A DNA stretch of 15,319 nt from positions 1-15,319 of the forward strand of contig JAHQWW010000087.1 of NCBI GenBank assembly GCA_029856365.1, given 5' to 3'. Origin of the DNA: Candidatus Hodarchaeota archaeon. Lineage in GTDB: Archaea; Asgardarchaeota; Heimdallarchaeia; Hodarchaeales; Hodarchaeaceae. Positions 1 to 7,266 of the stretch are shown here, one piece after another (position 1 is the first letter of the stretch; each line of letters starts with the position of its first letter). The notes beneath the pieces were generated by a model. The model saw only the letters and a program-made list of their open reading frames with translations. It searched no databases and was not told the DNA's origin. The position numbers and the translations under genes are program-made.

Positions 1-120
1 TTGTTCCTTGCAAACCTACTAGAACGCGATGAGGAAGAAATTTCCTTTCTAAAGCAAAAGATTAATCTCGATGGTTTCAATGAGGAATTGAAGAACCAAT
101 TGTTGAAATATACTTTTTAA
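1..120 (+). CDS. 3' end of a CDS entering from the left edge (hypothetical protein)
   Basis: Frame 1 is open from base 1: LFLANLLERDEEEISFLKQKINLDGFNEELKNQLLKYTF, TAA at 118-120. Confidence 0.6.
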   Translation: MFLANLLERDEEEISFLKQKINLDGFNEELKNQLLKYTF

Positions 121-167
121 AAAGAGGCCATATTCTCATATAACCCTAGATTGTTGCAGGACTATAG

Positions 168-515
168 CATAACTTATGCCTACTAGTTAATTGGAAAATA
201 ATCAAAAAGAAAACTACCAAAGGCAATGAGGATTCAATTAAGGAAAAAAATAAAGAATTAGATGATATTAATTTTGTAGAATACATAGAAAGATGGCAAG
301 AGTCTCACAACATAAAGGTTGTTTATAAATTCATATTCCTCGTTATTCCCTTCGTTTTAAGCGGTCTTTTTTTTATCTATATGCTGACAGAAATGGGTAC
401 AATGACTCTTGAAGATACAATCGCTAATATTGTAGCCTTGTTCCCTAATTGCCATAGAAAGATGCATATTTTAAACAAACAAAAAGATGTATCAAGATTG
501 CAATCATTACACTAA
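168..515 (+). pseudogene. Chimeric remnant: membrane-protein-like fragment fused in frame to the C-terminus of an HNH endonuclease
   Basis: Stop-free frame 168-515 with first ATG at 381. It has a hydrophobic stretch (FIFLVIPFVLSGLFFIY), then EDTIANIVALFPNCHRKMHIL (from 411), which matches the HNH/McrA-type tail 'DT..N.VALCPNCHRxxH' with the first Cys replaced by Phe. Confidence 0.6.
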
Positions 516-521
516 TGATAA

Positions 522-560
522 TAATGTTGTCAATGGCTGGTTTAGATTCGAAAAGTATAT
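522..560 (+). repeat. Cassette-boundary repeat copy A (putative recombination site)
   Basis: TAATGTTGTC AAT GGCTGG TTTAG ATTCGAAAA GT ATAT. Matches the 5136 copy at 34/39 positions. Starts 6 bp after the HNH-remnant stop. Confidence 0.85.
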
Positions 561-774
561 ACCACGGTACGAGAAGATAATACTAAAGAATTGTGGAAAA
601 GAATCAGGGAAATAATGGCGCTTTCATAATCCTGTTTACAAAACTATATAGTTTCTGATGACTATCTTAATCCTGTGATTTATTCTGATTTACTCTCAAC
701 CTTGAGGTATTTTGTTAAGGTTCCCCCTGAAGATAACATTAATTAAAGAAAAAATGACGTACTTATGGAGGTAG

Positions 775-1407
775 AATCCATCGAAAATCGAACCGTTTGA
801 AAAATATACAGACCAATATGAAGATTGGTTTGAGACACATAAATTTGTTTATAAATCAGAGCTAAGGGCTATAAAAAATCAATTGCCTAAGAATGGAGAA
901 GGGATTGAAATCGGTGTGGGAAGCGGTAGATTTGCAGCGCCTTTAGGTATTAAATTTGGAATTGATCCATCTATAAAAATGAGACAAATAGCCCAAAGTA
1001 GGGGTATTGAAGTGATTAACGGTGTTGCAGAGAATTTACCTTTTAGGGACAATACTTTTACCTTTACACTGATGGTAACGACAATTTGCTTTTTAAATGA
1101 TATAAAAACCGCTTTTCAAGAAGCGCGCAGGGTGTTAAAGCCAAGAGGATGCTTAATAATAGGATTTATCGACAAAACTAGCACTATTGGAGAACTATAT
1201 CAAAAACATAAACAGGAGAATGTGTTCTATAATGTAGCAACGTTTTACTCAGTTGAGGATGTTGTTCTTCTCCTGAAAAAAATTGGTTTTAAGAACTTTC
1301 AGTACATTCAAACAATTTTTAATAATTTAAGCGAAATAAAAGATATTGAACCTATTAAAGAGGGTCACGGGGAAGGTTCATTTGTTGTAGTTAAAACATT
1401 CAAATAA
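775..1407 (+). CDS. Class I SAM-dependent methyltransferase (Methyltransf_11-like), canonical start codon apparently lost
   Basis: Motif I IEIGVGSGRF, AENLPF and VLKPRG are present. The frame is open from 775 and encodes a family-typical N-terminus (SKIEPFEKYTDQYEDWFETHKFVYKSEL) upstream of the track's TTG at 883. GGAGGT SD at 767-772. Confidence 0.9.
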   Translation, partial: NPSKIEPFEKYTDQYEDWFETHKFVYKSELRAIKNQLPKNGEGIEIGVGSGRFAAPLGIKFGIDPSIKMRQIAQSRGIEVINGVAENLPFRDNTFTFTLMVTTICFLNDIKTAFQEARRVLKPRGCLIIGFIDKTSTIGELYQKHKQENVFYNVATFYSVEDVVLLLKKIGFKNFQYIQTIFNNLSEIKDIEPIKEGHGEGSFVVVKTFK

Positions 1408-1530
1408 TGAATCCGAGAGCTATTTTTTCATTAAATGTTTTGTAGAATTAGGAGACTTGAATGAACAGCCAAATACTTGATTAATAGTTTTTTTGCCTCA
1501 TGTGTTTTGAAAAATATAGTTTTCAGGGAC

Positions 1531-1569
1531 AAACTTCGTTTATGGCTGGCTTTAATTGGAAAAGTATAT
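1531..1569 (+). repeat. Cassette-boundary repeat copy B
   Basis: AAACTTCGTT TAT GGCTGG CTTTA ATTGGAAAA GT ATAT. Ungapped 29/39 match to copy A. Lies downstream of the methyltransferase. Confidence 0.8.
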
Positions 1570-1750
1570 GCTTGATGTTTCTTCCCCGTATTTTAAGATA
1601 GGTTAGCAATTTTTTTACAGGATTGAATGAGTAGAATCATTTATGTAGATCTGGGATTTCATTTGTACGAATTCTTTTCCTAGCTATTTAAACTCCAGAT
1701 AGTAGATGAAAATTGACGCTAAAAGATTATAAAATTTTCAAGTGGTGTCG

Positions 1751-1775
1751 TTAAACCAGCCTAGGACAGACATCT
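1751..1775 (-). repeat. Cassette-boundary repeat copy G (minus strand)
   Basis: Reverse complement reads AGATGTCTGTC CTA GGCTGG TTTAA. Lies about 20 bp 3' of the minus-strand toxin gene, on the same strand as that gene. Confidence 0.7.
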
Positions 1776-1796
1776 GAATGTTTTAATGTGATAAAA

Positions 1797-2177
1797 TCAC
1801 AAACCAAATCGATAAATTTTACCAGACTGAATAATACTACATAAAAACTTGATATTATCTGAAGAGCTCCCCTTAAAAGGACTTTCAATAGCCTTTTCTT
1901 GATGTCGTGGATGAGTGTGATGTGGTTTAGAAGGTACTTCCCACTTATTATCAAAATTGTCGAATCTGATACGATCTAGCTTCTGAGAGGAGAACATCAC
2001 TATATAGGAATATTGTCCATAATTATTATACCGAATGAAGACTGTAGTTCCGCTTTTTAATTTAATTCTTAATTTACTAGTATCTTCGTCTAGATCAATC
2101 TCAGAAATAAAACCTCGTAATTCTTTGAGAATAATATCATATGCTTTAAGAATTAGATCCTCAGATAACAAGATCAT
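1797..2177 (-). CDS. TumE/DUF6516-like toxin of a type II TA pair
   Basis: YSY...IRFDN...PHHTH motif typical of DUF6516/TumE. ATG directly abuts the upstream gene's TGA (TGA-ATG). Confidence 0.7.
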   Translation of the reverse strand: MILLSEDLILKAYDIILKELRGFISEIDLDEDTSKLRIKLKSGTTVFIRYNNYGQYSYIVMFSSQKLDRIRFDNFDNKWEVPSKPHHTHPRHQEKAIESPFKGSSSDNIKFLCSIIQSGKIYRFGL

Positions 2178-2420
2178 TCACTGTAAGCCAAGCAACAGTT
2201 TTTCTATTTCATTTCGTTTATCACGTAAATTCTGTAGATCTATGGCATCGTCTTCAGCTTCAGGTAAGGTTCCAGTCTTTGCGCCATTGATAAATTCGTC
2301 AATTGAATTGGTATTCCATTTTTTGAGGATTTTTTCTATTTTCTCAGTTAGAACACGGAGTTTTGTTTCAATTAAGTCTCGAGCTGTTTCAGAATCTAAA
2401 GTAATGGACATAATGCTCAT
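2178..2420 (-). CDS. Small helical putative antitoxin (TumA-like position); start probably 2420 or 2411
   Basis: ~80-aa acidic/helical ORF directly upstream of, and abutting, the DUF6516-like gene. AGGA precedes the ATGs at 2420 and 2411. Confidence 0.65.
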   Translation of the reverse strand: MSIMSITLDSETARDLIETKLRVLTEKIEKILKKWNTNSIDEFINGAKTGTLPEAEDDAIDLQNLRDKRNEIEKLLLGLQ

Positions 2421-2512
2421 TCCTACAATAATAATATTCATTTTAAATGTTATCAATCTTTAGCTGTTTAACCCATTCTTCTATAAAAACACTTGTCCAA
2501 AAAGTGATAATA

Positions 2513-2690
2513 TTGGTTAAAAAACTAAAGCCATGGTTAGAATTGCACTTTATATTGCCTGAAGAAGACCCTGAAGAGCTAGAATTACATGAGTTTAAAC
2601 AAATAAGGAAAAAAATGGAAGAGGGAGAACGAACTCGTTAGAAAAAGGAATGAGTGATCAATTACTCAATTTTCTTACACTTTCTATTCT
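2513..2690 (+). pseudogene. Possible decayed antitoxin plus the first few codons of a RelE-like toxin
   Basis: From TTG 2513: VKKLKPWLELHFILPEEDPEELELHEFKQIRKKMEEGERTR, resembling archaeal antitoxin C-termini (EEEP.E.E...IR..M..GE). It is followed by ATGAGT and, in a shifted frame, NYSIFLH, like RelE N-termini, and then breaks off. Confidence 0.35.
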
Positions 2691-2715
2691 TTTGTGTTCC
2701 GTAAGATATCCTCTC

Positions 2716-2748
2716 TAAAGTCGTAAAAGGCTGGATTAACACTAAAAG
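2716..2748 (+). repeat. Cassette-boundary repeat copy E
   Basis: TAAAGTCGTA AAA GGCTGG ATTAA CACTAAAAG. Left arm and core are in the same register as copies A and C. Confidence 0.7.
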
Positions 2749-3257
2749 GCGAGAAAGAGATGAAAAGCAATCTAGACTTCAATAATTAAAGGTTAGTAGG
2801 TTTTGTTTCAAATAATATCCTAATGGTTCGAAAGACGAAAAAAGAAAAAATAGCAACTTTTGCACTAGCCTAATCTGTATAGACAAAACCACCAAATCTT
2901 CCTTCCTTCTTTTAAACTTTTAAGATTGGATCCAAGTTAATCTGAAGTTACTCATCAGTCGAGTTTTGTATTATTTAAAGTTCATAAGTTCAAATGTTTA
3001 AATATTCCTTTGTTTTAATAAAAATGTCCTTTAATAGTTCAATTTATAATATATTCATAAATTTCGTTAATAATGTTTATATAAAGCACGGTAAGACTTC
3101 CCAATGGCCAATCAACCGTTTTAATCTGAAGAAGCGTTGAAAATGTTTCTGTTAAAGACAGTAAATGAATATCAGATCAACTTAAACCTCTTCAATATCC
3201 TAAAAGGCTTGAGAAATTAACATGGATGTTGATTATAATTAAATGAAGTGATATAGA

Positions 3258-4202
3258 ATGACCCCTAAACAAAAAGAATTTGATGAATTTAATGAATCGA
3301 ATGATGAAATGCTACAATATTATCGTAATCAAAGTTCAATTACAGATCCAAGTATTTACTCAGATATTTATGAGGATCTACCCACAACTATTCCTGAACT
3401 GTGTAAAATTATTCAGAATGTTATAATTCATATTTTTTGGTTACAAGCATATGGAATGCGTCCTTCTGATTTAAAAGATCAAAAAAGAAACATCAATAAG
3501 GAATTGAATCAAAGATCTGTACATGAAAAATTATCAACGATATTTTCCCTCAAGGATGAGCCACTAACTGAAAGAAGGAAGCCAAATACCCGTGTTCTTG
3601 GTAATTGTCGGGATTATTCGGTACTTCTTGCATCCATTCTTCGATATAATGGAATTTCTGCAAGGGTACGGAGTGGGGTGTCGCGATACTTTTTTCCTCC
3701 TCCCAAAGATTTCCACGAGGATCACTTTATTTGTGAATATTGGCATCCTGACGACCATCGTTGGGTTATGGTTGATTCTCAAATTGATGAAATTCAGAAT
3801 AAAACAGTGAAAGTGAAAATCAATTTACACGATATCCCATCTGATCAATTTTTAAATGCGGGACATGCGTGGATTAAATTTAGAGAAGGAAAAGTAAAAC
3901 CAAAAAAAATTGGTTTATCTGGTAGTAAATGGTTAGGAGAACGCTTTTTAATAGATAAATTAATTCAGGATTTCGCCTGTTTAAATAAGGTAGAAGTTCT
4001 TGCCTGGGAAACGTGGGGTATTTGTGATCTGCAAAGAAAACTGAAACCAAACGAGTACGAAGAATTAGATAAGCTTGCTAGCAAAATCTCTTGTTTATCA
4101 GATACAAAAGTATTTGTAGATTTGAAAAATACGTTTAAACAAAATAATTTGTTTAAAATGCCAGAAAACTATAAACCGAGATTTGAAAAATTCTTTCCTT
4201 GA
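3258..4202 (+). CDS. Transglutaminase-like (Cys-His-Asp triad) domain protein
   Basis: GNCRDYS (Cys), GISARVRSG, DHFICEYW (His), WVMVDSQ (Asp). Confidence 0.9.
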   Translation: MTPKQKEFDEFNESNDEMLQYYRNQSSITDPSIYSDIYEDLPTTIPELCKIIQNVIIHIFWLQAYGMRPSDLKDQKRNINKELNQRSVHEKLSTIFSLKDEPLTERRKPNTRVLGNCRDYSVLLASILRYNGISARVRSGVSRYFFPPPKDFHEDHFICEYWHPDDHRWVMVDSQIDEIQNKTVKVKINLHDIPSDQFLNAGHAWIKFREGKVKPKKIGLSGSKWLGERFLIDKLIQDFACLNKVEVLAWETWGICDLQRKLKPNEYEELDKLASKISCLSDTKVFVDLKNTFKQNNLFKMPENYKPRFEKFFP

Positions 4203-4244
4203 TTATAAAAGCGAAATCTTGTCCTAAAAAATTAGTCAAAAAAC

Positions 4245-4281
4245 AAACGCCGTCTATGTCTGGTTAAATGGAAAAGATTAT
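4245..4281 (+). repeat. Cassette-boundary repeat copy F
   Basis: AAACGCCGTC TAT GTCTGG TTA AATGGAAAA GA TTAT, with a right arm 2 nt shorter. Starts 42 bp after the transglutaminase stop. Confidence 0.7.
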
Positions 4282-4363
4282 TCTCCTCAAAATGTAATGC
4301 AAAAGGATGATTTCAGGATATAAATTTCTGGAGACAAAGACAGAACAGCTTTCGGGAATAAAA

Positions 4364-4933
4364 ATGATAACAATTCCTACTCTCAAGACGACCCGTTTGA
4401 TTATTAGACCTTTGAATGAGAAAGACATAGACTTTCTTTTCAATCATTATAATCAAGAAGAAATTTCACGCTATACATTAATCTCCTTTAATTCTATTGA
4501 TGAGGTTAAAGCATTTTTAGGTCAATACACAGCAAAAAGTGATATGAGGAAATTCAAAGAAGGAATTGAATTGAGATCAACCCAGCAACTTATTGGAACA
4601 GTGACTTTCTTGAATTGGAGTAAGAAGGATCGTTGTGCTGAGATTGGTTATGACCTATCAAAAGAATATTGGGGAAAAGGGTTCATGTATGAAGCGCTCG
4701 AAGTTTTCATAAGATTTGGTTTTGAAGTAATGAATCTAAATCGAATTGAAGCCACTACGAATGTTAGAAATGAAAGATCAAGAAAAGTATTAACTCGATT
4801 AGGTTTTATACAAGAAGGGATCTTACGCCAAAAATATCGTTTTAGGGGAAAATTTTCTGATGAAATTATCTTTTCTATATTGAGAGAAGAATGGGAGACG
4901 AGAGGCATTCAAGGAATGCAGGATAAATCATAA
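4364..4933 (+). CDS. GNAT N-acetyltransferase, RimJ/RimL family (ORF track start 4307; 4364 more likely)
   Basis: PTLKTTRLIIRPL N-terminus, AEIGYDLSKEYWGKGFM acetyl-CoA motif, NERSRKVLTRLGFIQEG. Confidence 0.92.
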   Translation: MITIPTLKTTRLIIRPLNEKDIDFLFNHYNQEEISRYTLISFNSIDEVKAFLGQYTAKSDMRKFKEGIELRSTQQLIGTVTFLNWSKKDRCAEIGYDLSKEYWGKGFMYEALEVFIRFGFEVMNLNRIEATTNVRNERSRKVLTRLGFIQEGILRQKYRFRGKFSDEIIFSILREEWETRGIQGMQDKS

Positions 4934-5135
4934 TATTATTTTCAAACTTTTTCTATATAGAGAGAGAGAACGAGCCTTTTTTTCAACTTTAGGAACTTTT
5001 TTAAAGTGAAAAAAGTAAACTAGAAGTATTTCGATAGGGATTTGGGTAAAAAATATCAGGGGAGCTAAGCAAATGATCTCTGAATCTGATAACCTGAATT
5101 AATATTGTCAAAATTGAACATTTTTACTTATATTC

Positions 5136-5174
5136 TAATGTTGTCTAAGGCTGGTTTAGATAGGAAAAATATAT
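5136..5174 (+). repeat. Cassette-boundary repeat copy C
   Basis: TAATGTTGTC TAA GGCTGG TTTAG ATAGGAAAA AT ATAT. Matches copy A at 34/39 positions. Confidence 0.85.
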
Positions 5175-5274
5175 CCTTTGGTATTTATGATACCATATGG
5201 CAACACGGGGATTTGCCATAGTAATACAATTAATAAATCTATTATTGCTTTTATTATGGTAGGAGAAATAAAGC

Positions 5275-5979
5275 ATGGATGATAAGATCCATAAAGAAAT
5301 GATGTGCTACTATCATGAGAGAGCAGAGGAATACGATGAACTATATAAAGGAATAATTGGAAGGACACGTCACGTTACCATTAACCCGCAAGTCTATCGA
5401 CAGGATATAGCTAAAACTTCTGAAATGGTTGCAAGGTTTGGCACTGGATCGTTAATTGATATCGGGTGTGGATCTGGTTTTTGGTTTCTGTATTATGCAC
5501 GAAATTGTAGTAGGATAACAATGCTCGATCAATCGAAAAAAATGCTTCAAGAAAGCTCAAAAAAAGTTGAACAATTAGGATTAGAAGAGTCGGTCAATTT
5601 TATTCAAGGAGATTTTTTCAGAATACCTCTAGGACTCTCAATATTTGATTGTGCTTTGATTGGGTTTCTTTTAAGCCATTTTACCGTAAAACAAGAAGAA
5701 ACATTCTTTTTAAAACTCCAGAGAATTCTAAAGCCAAATGGTAAACTGCTATTTATCGATAGTGCTTGGAATAAGGAACGACAAAAGCATAGAAAGAAAG
5801 AAGGAGTCCAAGAGAGAGTTTTGAACGATGGTCGAGTATTTCAAATATATAAACGATATTTTGACAGATTGGATGTTGAGAAAATGTTTCAGAGATATAA
5901 TTTTGAAATAAAATCTCTTTATATTGGAAAAGCAATGATTTCAATCATCGCAGAGTATTTTCATCAAAAAATTGCATAA
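5275..5979 (+). CDS. Class I SAM-dependent methyltransferase
   Basis: YY.ERAEEYD N-terminus, LIDIGCGSGFW motif I, LDQS..ML, FIQGD, ILKPNGKLLFID. Confidence 0.92.
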   Translation: MDDKIHKEMMCYYHERAEEYDELYKGIIGRTRHVTINPQVYRQDIAKTSEMVARFGTGSLIDIGCGSGFWFLYYARNCSRITMLDQSKKMLQESSKKVEQLGLEESVNFIQGDFFRIPLGLSIFDCALIGFLLSHFTVKQEETFFLKLQRILKPNGKLLFIDSAWNKERQKHRKKEGVQERVLNDGRVFQIYKRYFDRLDVEKMFQRYNFEIKSLYIGKAMISIIAEYFHQKIA

Positions 5980-6072
5980 AAGATGTATATTGAGATTCCT
6001 TCATATCTATTATATTGTCTCATAGAGGATTGCATGAGAAGCAATGTTGGTCATAATACTGGAGCAAATCTG

Positions 6073-6091
6073 ATATGTCGTCGATGGCTGG
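6073..6091 (+). repeat. Cassette-boundary repeat copy D (left half and core only)
   Basis: ATATGTCGTC GAT GGCTGG, then unrelated sequence. Lies ~93 bp after the methyltransferase stop. Confidence 0.7.
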
Positions 6092-6179
6092 AAAGGGGAA
6101 TCTTTTGGTAGGTCAACTTTTAACAAGAATTTATAAAGAAGTGACGCATTCCTATCCATTGGACTCCTGTGTGAACAGA

Positions 6180-6491
6180 ATGGTAAGTCAAAACCAATTA
6201 ATTCTAAAGAATGAAATAATGGACAAACTCTTAAAATATATGTCAAAAATTAAAGAGTTTGGGGTTGAGAAAATTGGAGTATTTGGTTCATTGCTTAAAG
6301 GGGAAACAACTGGAGATGTAGATATTCTTATATCATTTAAAGAAAATGAAGAATCTTTTCATAATCTAATAGATTTGTATTATTTACTTAAGGATACAAT
6401 AAATGCACAAATTGACATTGTCACGACGAATGTTCTCAGTCCTTATATCGGTCCCTATATTCTTCGGGAAGTGGAATATATTAAAGCCTAA
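6180..6491 (+). CDS. Minimal nucleotidyltransferase (MntA-type), no adjacent HEPN partner; track start 6075 falls inside repeat D
   Basis: KIGVFGSLLKGE..GDVDILI, DIVT...LSPYIGPYILREV. Starting at ATG 6180 gives ~103 aa, the usual family size. Confidence 0.85.
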   Translation: MVSQNQLILKNEIMDKLLKYMSKIKEFGVEKIGVFGSLLKGETTGDVDILISFKENEESFHNLIDLYYLLKDTINAQIDIVTTNVLSPYIGPYILREVEYIKA

Positions 6492-6520
6492 GACTAAAAG
6501 CTGATCTATGAGGATTAAAA

Positions 6521-6814
6521 ATGCTTGAAATAACAGAAATACAGGAGAAAATAAAAACTGAGCTTGAATTCATCAGAAAAAAGTACAAAGTGAAAGAAAT
6601 AGGCATTTTTGGTTCTTATGTCAGGGGAGAGGTGGAAAAAGACAGTGATTTAGATATTCTAGTCACTGTGGATCTTTCTATTGATCTACTTGCATTTATT
6701 GAATTAGAACAATATCTATCTGAAAAGCTAGGGCTTAAGGTTGATCTTGTAATGAAAGATGCGTTGAAACCGTACCTTGGCAAACAGATATTGAAGGAAG
6801 TTATTTATGTTTGA
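6521..6814 (+). CDS. mntA: MntA antitoxin (minimal nucleotidyltransferase)
   Basis: IGIFGSYVRGE..KDSDLDILV, KVDLV..ALKP..ILKEVIYV. The stop overlaps the start of the HEPN gene. GAGG SD upstream. Confidence 0.92.
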   Translation: MLEITEIQEKIKTELEFIRKKYKVKEIGIFGSYVRGEVEKDSDLDILVTVDLSIDLLAFIELEQYLSEKLGLKVDLVMKDALKPYLGKQILKEVIYV

Positions 6815-7110
6815 AAAGAACATATAAAGATTATATCAATGATATCACAGCTGCAATAACTAATATCTCTGAATTCATAAAGGATATGGATTATGACGAT
6901 TTTATTAAAGATAGAAAAACTGAATTTGCGGTAATTCGAGCATTAGAAATCATTGGTGAAGCAACAAAGAATATTCCAGAATCTATTCGAGATAAGCATC
7001 CAGAAAATTCCTTGGAAATCAATGGCTGGGAAGCCATGGGATAAACTTTTCGTCCTCGACCTCAATTCTCTAGGAGAAAGGGTGAACGAGGATTCCCGCT
7101 CCCTATGGCT
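6811..7110 (+). pseudogene. hepT: HepT (DUF86/HEPN) toxin, frameshifted and lacking the RxxxxH motif
   Basis: DYINDI...AVIRALEIIGEATKNIP..R.KHPE, then an extra A in the run at ~7004-7007 moves IPWKSMAG into another frame. The expected MRDKLIHxY is replaced by KPWDKLFVL. Confidence 0.85.
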
Positions 7111-7166
7111 TAAATACTGTTCTAAAAGTCGGCTAATAGTTAATATGTAATTAAAATGTATATGCG

Positions 7167-7199
7167 CACATTTGAGAGAATTTTGTCACATTTGAGAGA
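7167..7199. repeat. 13-bp perfect direct repeat CACATTTGAGAGA x2, 20-bp period
   Basis: Copies at 7167-7179 and 7187-7199. Confidence 0.8.
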
Positions 7200-7266
7200 C
7201 TACTCAATTATTATACTTGATCTTAGTATTATTTTTTCGGTTAATCCAAAAAAGGGATTGGTTTTA

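Noticed and set aside
524-580. Repeat as a conserved short peptide (MLSMAGLD...)
   Set aside because: Other copies have stops or lack the ATG in this frame (E, F, B), so the conservation is at the DNA level.
1464-1548. CAGCCAAATAC...GTTTATGGCTG inverted pair forming an attC-like hairpin with copy B
   Set aside because: Short and imperfect, and no equivalent upstream partner was seen for the other copies.
2035-2463. 142-aa plus-strand ORF and other shadow ORFs (1751-1954, 3564-3782, 3592-3810, 4648-4908, 5156-5368, 5753-5944, 6010-6246, 7873-8076, 9188-9391, 13514-13699, 14087-14284)
   Set aside because: They overlap better-supported genes on the opposite strand or in another frame and show no recognisable motifs.
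4954-4969. (TA)n(GA)n microsatellite after the GNAT gene
   Set aside because: Too short and intergenic, with no evidence of function.
522-6091. Repeat interpreted as a CRISPR array or canonical integron attC sites
   Set aside because: Spacing is hundreds to >1000 bp with genes in between, so it is not CRISPR. Only copy F contains a GTTRRRY (GTTAAAT), and no complementary RYYYAAC or long hairpin was found upstream. No intI in the window.
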